Program-made: the position numbers and the translations under genes | Notes under the pieces: generated by a model | What the model was told of the DNA's origin: nothing | What the model saw: only the letters and a program-made list of their open reading frames with translations | Databases searched by the model: none | In this document: one piece after another, positions 39,578 through 50,586 of the stretch | How positions within the stretch are numbered: position 1 is the first letter of the stretch | How the letters are laid out: each line of letters opens with the position of its first letter | DNA from: Takakia lepidozioides | Lineage: Eukaryota; Plantae; Bryophyta | Assembly: GCA_030704615.1 (NCBI GenBank) | Contig: CM060731.1 | Location: forward strand, 73,222,001 to 73,286,000 | Reading direction: 5' to 3' | DNA length: 64,000 bases

Positions 39578-40270
39578 GGATATCAGCAGATGAGAAGGCA
39601 AGACTGCTACACTGTGTTGTTGTAGGTGGTGGTCCTACAGGGGTGGAACTCAGTGGTGAGCTCAGTGACTCATCAGGAGAGACGTCTACGGCTAGTTCGG
39701 CCATGTGAAAGATTTTATCCATGTCACACTTATTGAGGCAAAGGAGATTTTTTTTTTTTTCATCTTTCGATGTTCGACTCCGGGAGTACGCGACCAGGCA
39801 CCTGATCAAGGGTTTGGAGGGATAAGCTGGAGGGTCTTAAACGCATAACTGTTTTCAGACTGGGGTAAAGCTGATGCAGGATGTAGTCAAGGATGTTCTG
39901 CCAGACAAATTAGTGCTTACGGATGGGACGGAGGTGCCATACGGGCTGCTGGTTTGATCAATGGGTGTTGGATCTTCTTCCTTTGTCCACTCCTTACCTG
40001 TGAAGAAGTGCCCTGGTGGAAGCTTGGCAGTTAATCCAGTTACTAATGGAAGCCCTACCGCAAACAAAGAGTGTTGCTGAGAGACAAGGAAAGTACCTGG
40101 GCAAATCTTTGAACAAGCTGGCACAAGCAGGTGGTGGTCAGGCTGGGGTCCTTTTGTAGATATTCTGTGGGCCTTTAATGAGCAAGTGATCCAACCATAC
40201 TCTAAGCTCAGGCGTTGAGCAGCCTTACAAGATATGAGCTGAAGGGATTGACTCAACGTTGCCATCGGTG
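39578..40270 (+). pseudogene. Captured fragment of a type II NAD(P)H dehydrogenase (NDA-type) gene inside copy B
   Basis: [77 protein letters not shown], with stops and frameshifts. Confidence 0.85.
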
Positions 40271-40810
40271 TAACAAACGCGCATTGGCGTACCTGGCATC
40301 CTGAGTGCCCGGAGCACAGGGTGTACTGATCTGAAGCCTTCTCACGTTCTCCTTGACAGAAAGGCCAAGACCCGCATCACCGACCTTCACATCCCACGCA
40401 CTGCCACAGCATAAGAGCACAGAACGAGAGGAGGGGTGAATCCAGACTGTGAGAACTACATGAACATGTTTGGGAACCCGAAGATAACCAGGGAACAGGG
40501 AACCAAGACAAATATTTTTTTTTTTTTTTTAAAGTTTTCTTTGTATTTGTTTGGTCTTTTGATCTAATTTAAATGATTTAGAGCCAAATTGGTCATATCT
40601 TTGTCAAATGGACTCTGTTTGACTCAGTTTTTGGGGGGATAGCTGCAGAAAGGGGAAATCTACCTATCTTGACCTGGTTTTAGTTTTTGGGACTCTGCTA
40701 AAAATCTATGGAATTTTTAGAGTGTGAGTGTGCCATGAAAGATCCACAATTCTGTTTATAGAGCCTGTTCTGGTCTACATGAGAGATAAACCTGGGGATG
40801 TACTCCTTGT

Positions 40811-41558
40811 ATGGCTGGGGGAAATGAGGACGTGATTGAAGGGCAAGTCTCTTCTCTTAGCCTGTGCACCAAAGGGGACAAGATTTATGTTTCCCAAGGA
40901 ACTCAGACTGATTTGAGTGGAGAACAGTTGGACGAGTTGATTGCATACTGGGAGTCAGGCATTAGTAGTGGACAACAAACTGCTGTAGTTGGCGTTGAGG
41001 GCCTCAATATCGCTTTGGACAGTCAGAACTCTGTTGGAGCCAGCAGTTCTGCAGCTGTAGGTGAAACCCAAAGTGGGTGAAAGCTAGGCTTGGAACACAG
41101 CAAAGACAGCCCGGGGACCAAGGTGTTCAGCCACAAGGCCGTGGTATACTGGAGCAGAGGAGCAGGAGCCACACAAGTTTGTGCAATCAGACATGGTTGC
41201 AGCCGGATACGCTCTGCACAAGGCAACCACGAGCGGGGGTTCATCAGCAATGACATGTTTGTTGTGCGTGAAGGAGATGCAGTCATTCGCAATGAGGACA
41301 CCCGCAACCGTCTCAAAGCTTTCGAGTTTAAGAGACTATCAGACCCTACCTTTGTTTTCTTTAGTATTCAGTGAGCGGGAGATAGGGGAGTATTGCTTTG
41401 TCTCTACCTGGCAGAAAGAGGAGGAGGGTTGGTTAGAGCGAGCTACTGTAGCTTGGGACAAGGTTAGTGGCAGGTTTCTGGACATAGATATACCTCCTAC
41501 ACCTTACCATCATGCAGAGCGAGGCACTTTGAGAGAAGTCTGGCAGTTGATAGCATAG
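40811..41558 (+). other. Unknown accessory ORF remnants upstream of gag in copy B
   Basis: Three consecutive or overlapping plus-strand ORFs with protein-like composition; no recognised domain. Confidence 0.3.
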
Positions 41559-42078
41559 ATCAGGATTAGATCTTGCTTGGTTGGGCTTTTATTCTTCCCC
41601 TCCATCTCTGTACTATTTTCATTACCATGTACTTGTAGTTGCCAAAGCCTCTCTTGGTGGAGGCCAGTCAGTCCGGGGTTTTGGGCTGGGCTATTCTGCA
41701 GGATCAGCATTGCAGCTGGATTTTGGTGTGGGGGTGTTGATGTTTTTGATTTCTTGTGTTTGGATCCCCCCCAACACCTGCATGCTTGACTGTGCGCCAT
41801 GTTGGTTTTTGTGTGGGCGCTTGCTTTCATAGGGATTAGGCCGGATTTGATCACCGGTCAATCCTAGAGTATGCTGTCGGTGGTGAGGCTGGAGTGATGA
41901 CCAGCAAGACCACCAGTGTTTCTTCTATGGTGAGGCTGGGTTGATGACCAGCCAACCATAGGAGTTCTTGCGGTGGATGCAGGTGCAGGTGCCCTGAGCC
42001 ATTGGGATATGACCCTTAAACTGCAACAGGTGCCCACCGTGTCACTATTAGATTAGTACTAGAGCCTTATAGTGTCAC

Positions 42079-44640
42079 GTGGAGGAGGTGCACATTGTGA
42101 GTGTCATTACGGAGTTACCCAAGGGTTTTGAGGGGAGTACGGCTACAGGCAGTAACAGTGAGAGTGGGTTCACAAGACGAGGTATTCGGTTCAGACCACC
42201 TTCACCGCCACCCTCAATTACTGTAGAGTCAGACACAGACTCGGAGGCTTCATCAACAAGTGTGCACTTTCATTCGCCATTGGTGGGACGACATGGAGGA
42301 GATGTATGGAGCTACCAAGGGGCCTCGTAGGTACTCTGGAGCTGTGGGCACAATGAGTTGGATGACTTTATCCAGGTTTGACAGCTGGTGTGATTTTGCA
42401 GCAGATGCGCAATCCACAGCTATTCACCCCATTCATGGCGTGGAAGGGACTGTTCCAGCATTTGGAAGGTCCGCCTATGGACGATTACCACGAGTTCAGG
42501 CGAGGACATGAAGTAGAGATTGAGGAGTGGAGGATGTATTGGTCACCTAACTACGTCTCCATTACTCGAGGCACAACGCGACCAGTAGCTACATCAGTAC
42601 CAATAGCTCCCACTGCCAGCACTAGTGGAGCAAGTAGTGCTGGTACTTCTGCAGGTGGTACCAGTTCAAAAGGTGCTACTACTCCTCCTGCCACGACTAC
42701 AACACATGTGCCTAGATTCAACCCGGTGGTGGAGTTCTTCCAGGAGTTGCGGAGGAAACTACCAAGGTGTACGGACAGAGAAGCTGCGAAGTTTGCAAGA
42801 CTTCCAGCGCAAACCCAGTGAGAGCCTGCGAGGGCGTACACTCGTATGAGGCGCTTGATAAGTGTGACCCAAGGGGTTACTGAAGCTCAGGCAATCCAGT
42901 TTGGTATGGAATTCTGGACAAGGAGCTCAAGAGAAGGGTGCGAGATGCAACCCTGTTACAAGCAGCCCAACCCACATTAACAGATGTGTTTCTACTTGCT
43001 GAGCGGATTGAGCTCAACATGGTGGAGGAGCGAGTTGTTACAATTGGATTTGGCAAGGACATGCCTGTACGGGCAGAACTGTCAGCTCACAGGCACAAGG
43101 GACTGCCCAACAGCGTGGTCAGGGGCAAGGTTGCCCAGCCCAAGTTCCATGGAGCTTACAGGGGACCTCAGGTGCTGCAAGGCCCGTGGCATCTTTTGCA
43201 GGCCAACAGCAACCAGGGTGATATGTTGGACATGTGGAGGACCCCATGTCAAGAGAGATTGCCCAGAGAGTGGCAGAAGGCCGGCACAAGCACAGCCTGC
43301 ACAGTTGCAGTGTGGGCATTGTGGCAAGTATGGGCATGGAGATGCCCAGTGTTATGACTTGCATCCTGAGTTGCGCCCAGGCCAGTTCCAAGGGAACAAT
43401 GGTGGCCGGGGCGAGGTGGACCAGCCCAGAGAGGACGAGGTGGTCGGGCACGAGGTGCAGGCCAAGGGCAAGCTCAACATGGCCAAGGACGCGGAGGTCA
43501 GGGTGTTGATCAAGGCATGGCCAACCGGCTTCAGCAGCTAGAGCAGAGGCTCGCTGCCATGGCTATAGCTCAGGCGGTACCGGCTCCCAGGCGGGATGGT
43601 CCACCTCCTGCTCCTGAGGGAGGAGATATGGGAGGCATGGGATTTATGTGCGGAGCAGCACTACCACTAGAGCAGGTGGAGTCTGCTGCAGCCGTGACTC
43701 GAGGAGCAGCACGAGTTCCTGAGCCACGAGGTGCAGAGGTGGAATTGGATCCACAGCGTGGGGAGGCAAGCCGTCAGGCAAGGCTTCCTCAGTCATTCAC
43801 ATTGGCGGAGACTGTGTCGACGCCATCCATGGCACCTAGTTCTCGCCCGACTGTTACCGAGGCGGAGTTACTATGCCATTGGGAGAGCTACACGTGCAGC
43901 ATTGACTCCTGCCAAGGCTAGTGCGGCCGGTGTGTTATTGGGGGCAGCCACCTCTGTGTGTCAGGCCCCACTGTTCTCGGCAACATGATTGCGACGCCGG
44001 GGTGAGACCAGCTGCAGTGTTCAGACTAGCAGCAACACTCTGTGAGAGTGGGGAGGTCACTTCATCTTCTGCGGAGTTAGTGGAAGGTGTAGTGGCAGAG
44101 GGATCCTCGGATTTGAGGGTCAAGACTGCCACGGCTGCGCCATGGCAAGCTGCAGCTGCCAGGTTGACGGAGCTGCCAGCTAGGCCAGCCTTTGAGCGCG
44201 CCATGGTGACACCTGGAGTTGTCTTGTTAGACAACCAGGGAGGCATTTTCACTTTGAGTGGACCGGCAGGCAAGAAGTACCGGCCACTGCGGGTCTTGTT
44301 GGACTCAGGAGCTCAGCCACTGATGTTGGGCAGAGCTGCTATTGCAGGTTTGGGCCTCATGGAGGCGGATATGGAGCCTTGTCCTTTCCAGATACAGACA
44401 TCTCTGGGAGGATCAGAGCAGGCTCGGGCATGACACGGCATCAGTTGGCTATTAGACTGCAGCCGGATCATCCTGTAGATGGCTCAGTGATGCGAGCCAA
44501 GGCCATTGTGACAGACGCGGTCTCTTACGATGTCCTCGTTGGTGGGGCAGTGTTATACCCCATGGGCTTCACCCTGGATTTTGGGAGGAGTCAGCATCCT
44601 ACAGGCCTGGATGGCAGTGGGATGGTCGCCGTGCACAGCT
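42079..44640 (+). CDS. Gag and aspartic protease of copy B (frameshifted in this sequence)
   Basis: FQRKPSESLR, CWTCGGPHVKRDC, CGHCGKYGHGDAQC, VLLDSGAQ. Confidence 0.85.
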
Positions 44641-45004
44641 CCCTGTGACATTCATTGGGGTATTGCAGCTGCCCAGCGGGGCAAGATGCCAAACACTAGC
44701 CGCCTTCACAGCTGCAGTTAGTTGGCCTGGAGAGTTGCTGGAAGGCAATGCCCATGCAGAGGATGTGCCACCTCCAGCAGAGCAGGATGACATGCATGGT
44801 ACGGCGGAGTTGCCTGCCATGGTTGCTCACACTCCATTGTGGGGTACGAGCAAGGATTTGCAGCAAGCTGCTGATGGACGGGTGCAACAAGCTGGGTAGA
44901 AGCTTTTGTACCGTCAGGAGAGGAGGAGAGTGCGGTGATTGCACCACCACCTCAGTTGTCGCCATTGGACACCACACCTCTTGTGTGGCAGCGGCCGGAT
45001 GAAG

Positions 45005-45960
45005 GCATTTGCCTTCTGGACTTGTTTGGCGGGATCAGCACCGGATTGGCTGCTTGCTACAGGCAGGTGTGCCGTTACCTGTATGTGGAGAGGGATGAGA
45101 CTGCACGACGCGTCTCACTGCGCCATGTGCTCAGTTGGTACAGCAGTACCCTGACTTGTTGCCTGTGTCTGCAGTTCGTGGATACCAACAAGCCTTGCCA
45201 GCAGACATTTCCTTGTTGGGGGCGCAAGATTGGAGCAGGTTGGCTCCATTGATCTGATAGTGGCAGGTTGGCCCTGCCAAGGGCATTCATCAGCCGGCAT
45301 GGCAATGGATTGCGAGACTCGAGGACGGGTCTGTTTTGGGAGATGGTGCGGATTTTGCGCTGCTTGCAGCTTCATCAAGCTGTATCTCCAGCATACATCT
45401 TGAGAATGTACCACTGATGGGTGATTCTCGGGCCAGGGTGATGGCCAGTGTGCATCAAGTCCGGTCGTGGCTTGGGTCAGCAGTGTTGCTGGATGCAGCT
45501 GCAGTGGGGTCACGGGCTCATCGTCCACGACTATGGTGGACTAACTTGATGCCACCCGCACTGCTCAAGCGTGCATTTGATGGGGTGCAGCGGCCAGCAC
45601 ACCTCACCGTGGATGGCATTTTGGACACAGGAAGGCAGTCTCAACGTGTGAGACACGATGACCGTTCGCCTTTGGCAGTGGTCAACAGGGTGGGTCAACC
45701 ACGAGCAGCATTACCTACACTGCTCAGCTTCCCAGGATCCCATGCTTTTCGGGATGGTGGACCTGGCCTCCTGTGGGATGCTCAGTTGCAGCAGTTAGTG
45801 GAGCCTAATGCCGACGAGCGAGAGCGGGCTATGGGGTTTTCCACTGGGACCACGGCGGTGCCTTCTCTTTCTGAGGCATCACGTCGTCAGGTGTTGGGGC
45901 AAGCAATGGATCTCAATTGCTTGACCTGGATTGTCAGCTTGGCTATGGCTGAGCAACGTA
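45005..45960 (+). CDS. C5 cytosine DNA methyltransferase domain, DNMT3-like, within the copy B polyprotein
   Basis: LLDLFGGISTG, YVERD, IDLIVAGWPCQG (catalytic Cys codon 45275-45277), GLFWEMVR, ENV, AHRPRLWWTNL, ERERAMGF..GTT, RRQVLGQAM. Confidence 0.92.
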
Positions 45961-46399
45961 GAGTGCGGAGTGCACTTCCCTTGACGGTCTCTCTGCCTAC
46001 CGAGACGGTACAGGCAGCGAGTGGGGGCGAGCCGGTGAGGACCACGAGGTGTAGACATCCATGGCACATGTGGGAGGTGCTCGAGGTTCAGAGGGAGTTG
46101 GCAGCGAAGGCAGCTGTGATGGATGAGGTTGGGGATTCTTCTCGGGATGAGGAGGTTCTCAATGATGAGATGATGGGGCAGGATGAGGCCTTGTCATTGA
46201 CTGAGCAGGAAGGGGGTACTGCTCAAGAGGTTGCAGCATAGCAACCACGGGACGCGTCCTCTACCTCTAAGCCCACTGGACTTAAGGTTGCAGTTACGGA
46301 GGACAATTGGGAGCCTGACATTGGACCCATTGTCACGGAGGAGAGAGACGACGTATACGGCGGTTCCTGAGGGCTTACAGGAATTGCTTTGCCTTCAGT

Positions 46400-47720
46400 T
46401 TGAAGGACTTGGGAGCACTGAAGGGTCAAGAGATCCGTATTGAGTTGGCCACTGACACGCCAATCTTTCGGAGACCCTATAGATACAGTGACATGGAGAG
46501 GTCTTTGATTCAGATGAGGACTCAAGATCTCTGGGAGGCAGGTTTGGTGGAGCTCTCTGGTGGAGAGTATGCTTCAGCCACAGTGATGCCAGCTAAGAAG
46601 GATGTCTATGGCAATTGGACGGAGAGACGTATGTGCGGTGATTACCGGCCTGTAAATCGTCAGACCAAGTCCGATAGGTATGCCATGCCAACACCAGAGG
46701 AGATCTTTGATGCCATTGGGCATTCCAAGGTCTTTAGCACGTTGGATTTACGATCCGGATATCACCAGTTGCCGATCAAGGAGGCGGATAAGCAAAAGAC
46801 GGCATTCTGGGGGATCAATGAGCACGGGAAGGATTGCCTATACCAGTGGCGGTTCTTACCATTTGGGCTTAAAAACGCTCCCGCTGAGTTTCAAAGAGTC
46901 ATGGACAGGATTCTAGCAGGGGTGGAGTTTGCTCGGTGCTACATAGATGACATCATCATCTTTAGTGCTACGGTGGAGGAGCATGAGAGACACCTTCAGG
47001 GGGTATTTGAGCGCTTTGAGGACGCACGGATTGAAGTTACATCCGGGCAAGTGCAAGTTTTTCCACAACCAGATTGAGTATCTGGGTCACATGATATATC
47101 CTGGAGGATTGGGGGTACAGCAGACTAAGGTAGAGTCCATTGCACAGGTTCCACGCCCCACGGATGTGAGCCGAGTCGAGCTTTCATGGGGTTAGCAAAC
47201 TATTACAGACGGTTTGTTAAGGATTTAGTGCCATTGCAAAGGCTCTAACCAAGCTGACCAAGGTGGACCAGGAGTGGCAGTGGGAAGATGAGCAAGAACA
47301 AGCTTTTCAAGAGCTCAAGGCGAGGTTGACCTCGGCGCCCATCTTGAGACGACCTATCAGGGGCGTCCTTTTCAGCTGCATACAGATTGGAGCATGCTGG
47401 GGCTTGGAGCGGTGCTCACACAGGTGGATGATGAGGGAAGAGAGTTCGTAGTGGCTTATGCTAGCCGCTCGAACAATGCTGCAGTCTAAGTATAGCTCAT
47501 ATGAGGGAGAATGCTTAGCTGCAGTGTGGGCCGTGGCACACTTCAGGTGCTATCTATACGGCAATCTCTTCACCCTTGTCACGGATCACCAACCACTCAA
47601 GTGGTTGATGGAGTCAGACAAGCTTACGGGGAAGCTTGCACGGTGGGCACTCATCCTTCAAGAGTATGACTTTCAGGTGGTGCATCGACCGGGTTTGGTC
47701 AATCGCAATGCAGATGGGTT
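46400..47720 (+). CDS. Reverse transcriptase and RNase H of copy B
   Basis: RMCGDYR, LDLRSGYHQL, LPFGLKNAPAEFQ, YIDDII; RNase H YSSYEGECLAAVWA, TDHQPLKWL, NADGLSR. Confidence 0.95.
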
Positions 47721-47959
47721 GAGTCGCAATCCATGCACGAGCCAGCAGGATGACACTGGAGCTCGGTGGCATGGTGAGACGGACGAGGAGATGGTGCCCG
47801 GATGGCATGCATCTGCATTTCTGTGTATCTTGGCAGCGGAAGGCCAGGTTGGACCTACAACAGGGATGACTGTAGATCAAGTGTCTGAGGACCCTGAGGC
47901 CAGCAATGAGCAGGTGGCGCCAAAGATATACATGAGGATTCAGTTGTGTTGGACTACCT

Positions 47960-49368
47960 CCGCACTGGAGACACGGCAGCCACTATGACTGCCAAGGAGA
48001 GGGATCGGATCCTACAACGAGCCAAGAGGTTCAGTGGGAGGGGACACACCTGCTCCGAGTGTGGGAGGATGGTCGAGTGAGGATTGTGCCTCACCCAACA
48101 CAGCGGGCACGGTTAGTGCGGCATGCCCATGAGGAGTTGGGGCATTTTGGGGTGCGACGCACTCATAGTCTACTGCAGGGCAGTATTGGTGGCGTGGTAT
48201 GCACACAGAGGTGCAACAATTTGTGGCTAGGTGCATGGTGTGTGACAGGGTGCGTGCTTCATTCAACGCCCCTACTCCACAATTGCACCCTCTTCCGATC
48301 ATGGGATTGGGCTACAGGTGGAGTCTTGACTTCGCAGGGCCGTTGCCACTGACCATGCGCCACAACAAGTACGTGTTGGTGATGGTGGAGCACTTCTCCA
48401 AGTGGATTGAATTGGTTCCATTGCCTGATAAGGCTAGTGAGGGAGCTGCGTATGCATTCTTGGATTGTGTGCTTAGCCGATTCGGTGCTCCAGCTGAGGT
48501 ACTCACGGACCAAGGAGAGAGTTCTTGGGGGAGTTTCAGGCTTTGTGTGACAAGGCCTTGATAGACCACCGCACCACTTCTCGGGATCATCCTGAGGCCG
48601 ATGGCTTGGCAGAGAGAGTTGTTCAGACAGTAAAGAGGGGTTTGCGCAAGTATGGCTTGCAGAAGGGACACCTAGGAGATTGGGACCTTCAGTTACCCTG
48701 GTTAGCCATGGGCTACAGGTTCAGCAAGCAAGCATCACTTGCCTCCTTCTCACCATACTTTCTTCTCTTTGGCCGAGAGCCGGATTTGCCTACATCCATT
48801 CGCAGAGAAGCTGCTACAGTTCTTAACCTTGACGATCCGGACGTGTGGGCACGTGCATGTGAGCAGCGTGCAGAGTTGTTCAAGAGAGTCATGCCCATGG
48901 CTTTCGAGAACCTTGCCATTGCACAACACCGTGATACGTTGAGGTATGCTACCATACGTGGTGGGGGCTATCGTCCTGGGGTTCGGAGATTCAACCCTGG
49001 TGACTATGTCTATCTGCAGCAGACTGCTCCTACGACCCTGGATGTGACTGCAGGACGTGTTATTTTGAGGGTTCGAGAGGTCTTGCCCTCAGGCGTCTTG
49101 GTCTTGGAGGGTCGGGATGGCATAACTTGGAAGGACCATGTGCGTAATTGTGCGCCATGTCACCTTCCGAATGTCGATGGCAGGATTGACCCAAAACCTG
49201 GCAGTGGTATCTGCAGGTTTGAGGTGCATGTGTGTGGGTCTGCTAAAGGGGCAGCCACCATGCTGGTGTGTGATCGATGCTCTAGAGGTTGGCATATGGG
49301 GATGCTTGACTCCACCTCTTGAGATGGTTCCAGATGGGGATTGGTTATGTCCACATTGCATTGGATAG
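47960..49368 (+). CDS. DDE integrase with C-terminal PHD finger (copy B)
   Basis: HEELGH..CMVC, WSLDFAG, LTDQG, DGLAER, RFNPGDYVYL, then MLVCDRCSRGWHMG/CLTPPLEMVPDGDWLCPHC. Confidence 0.92.
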
Positions 49369-49393
49369 TGGGAGTGGATACAACCATGGAAGG

Positions 49394-50497
49394 CTAACAA
49401 GAAACGCAAGGCCCCAGCTACTAGGAGACCTTGAACACACGAGGTCCTGGCTCAAGTTCACAGATTGCAAGACGGCGACTAACGATGGGGCTACTCTTGT
49501 ACCCGGCCTCTTGGTCTATAGAGTTTGAGTACAATAGGGACAGTGATAGAGGACTTAGTACGGCTGTGGCTATTACATCTTGTAGCTATCTGGAGGTAGA
49601 GGGACCTATCCACCAGCTAGGGGGGCGATTGTGCAGACTACTTTATTGTGCATATATGTGTGGTGTGGTTTGGACAGCGATGTGTTATGTATGCGCACGA
49701 CAGCTGTCAAGTTAAATAAGCACAGTGTGAAAACAGCTAGAATAAAACTAGTTATTTGTATTTAACACTTGGATTTAGGTCAAGTGTTAAATCAGGTGTC
49801 AAGTTTAGTTTGACACCTGGTCCGTCTTATCTTCACGAGAGCGGCAGTCGCGCGGCTCATCTTTCTCGAGTTGAGCCTGCACGACCGAGCTCCTGCATCG
49901 TTTAGATTTGAGTGTGCTTATGTAGGGGTAAGGTTGTCGAGCCAGGGGCACCCCAAGCTATGGGGACTTCCACCCAAACAACCTGTACCCCTACATTCAA
50001 ATCAAAAATGCAGATCGGATTCGCAGGAACTGAGAATAAGATGGCCGCGCGACTGCCGCTTGTGAAGATAAGACGGAAGGTGCAACTAAATATGCTGATT
50101 TAACACTTGACCTAAATCCAAGTGGTTAAATACAAATAACTTTATTCTGCTGTTTTCAACTGTGCTTATAATTGCAGCTGTCGTGCGCATACATATCGCT
50201 ACACAACTACATCGCTGTCAAACCACACCATACATATTTGCACAATAAAGTAGTCTTGCCACAATCGCCCCCCTAGCTGGTGGATAGGTCCCTCTACTCC
50301 AGATAGCTACAAGATGTAATAGCCACAGCCGTACTAAGTCCTCTATCACTGTCCCTATTGTACTCAAACTCTATAGACCAAGAGGCCGGGTACAAGAGTA
50401 GCCCCATCGTTAGTCGCCATCTTGCAATCTGTGAACTTGAGCCAGGACCTCGTGTGTTCAAGGTCTCCTAGTAGCTGGGCCTTGCGTTGCTTGTTAG
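49394..50497. repeat. ~540-bp inverted repeat near the 3' end of copy B (arms ~49394-49937 and ~49977-50497)
   Basis: The second arm is the reverse complement of the 3'UTR, PPT, segment B, GC and segment A. Confidence 0.85.
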
Positions 50498-50586
50498 TTA
50501 TTGTGGCAGACTACTTTATTGTGCATATATGTATGGTGTGGTTTGGACAGCGATGTAGTTGTGTAGCGATATGTATGCGCACGACA

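Larger units (their letters stand above)
38369..50586 (+). mobile_element. DNMT/PHD-carrying gypsy-like retrotransposon, copy B (complete), with split terminal repeats
   Basis: TGTCAAG...GCACGACA ends, GGGG target duplication (38365-38368 and 50587-50590), all pol domains present. Confidence 0.92.

Noticed and set aside
42079-49368. Classification as a DIRS/Ngaro tyrosine-recombinase element
   Set aside because: No tyrosine recombinase motifs are seen. It has a protease, a DDE integrase and a target duplication, and its MTase is C5-type rather than the Dam-like domain of DIRS.
38369-49937. Treating 38369-38610 and 49705-49937 as an ordinary LTR pair
   Set aside because: The second copy does not start at the PPT and is not followed by host sequence. 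The true right end and target duplication are at 50586-50590.
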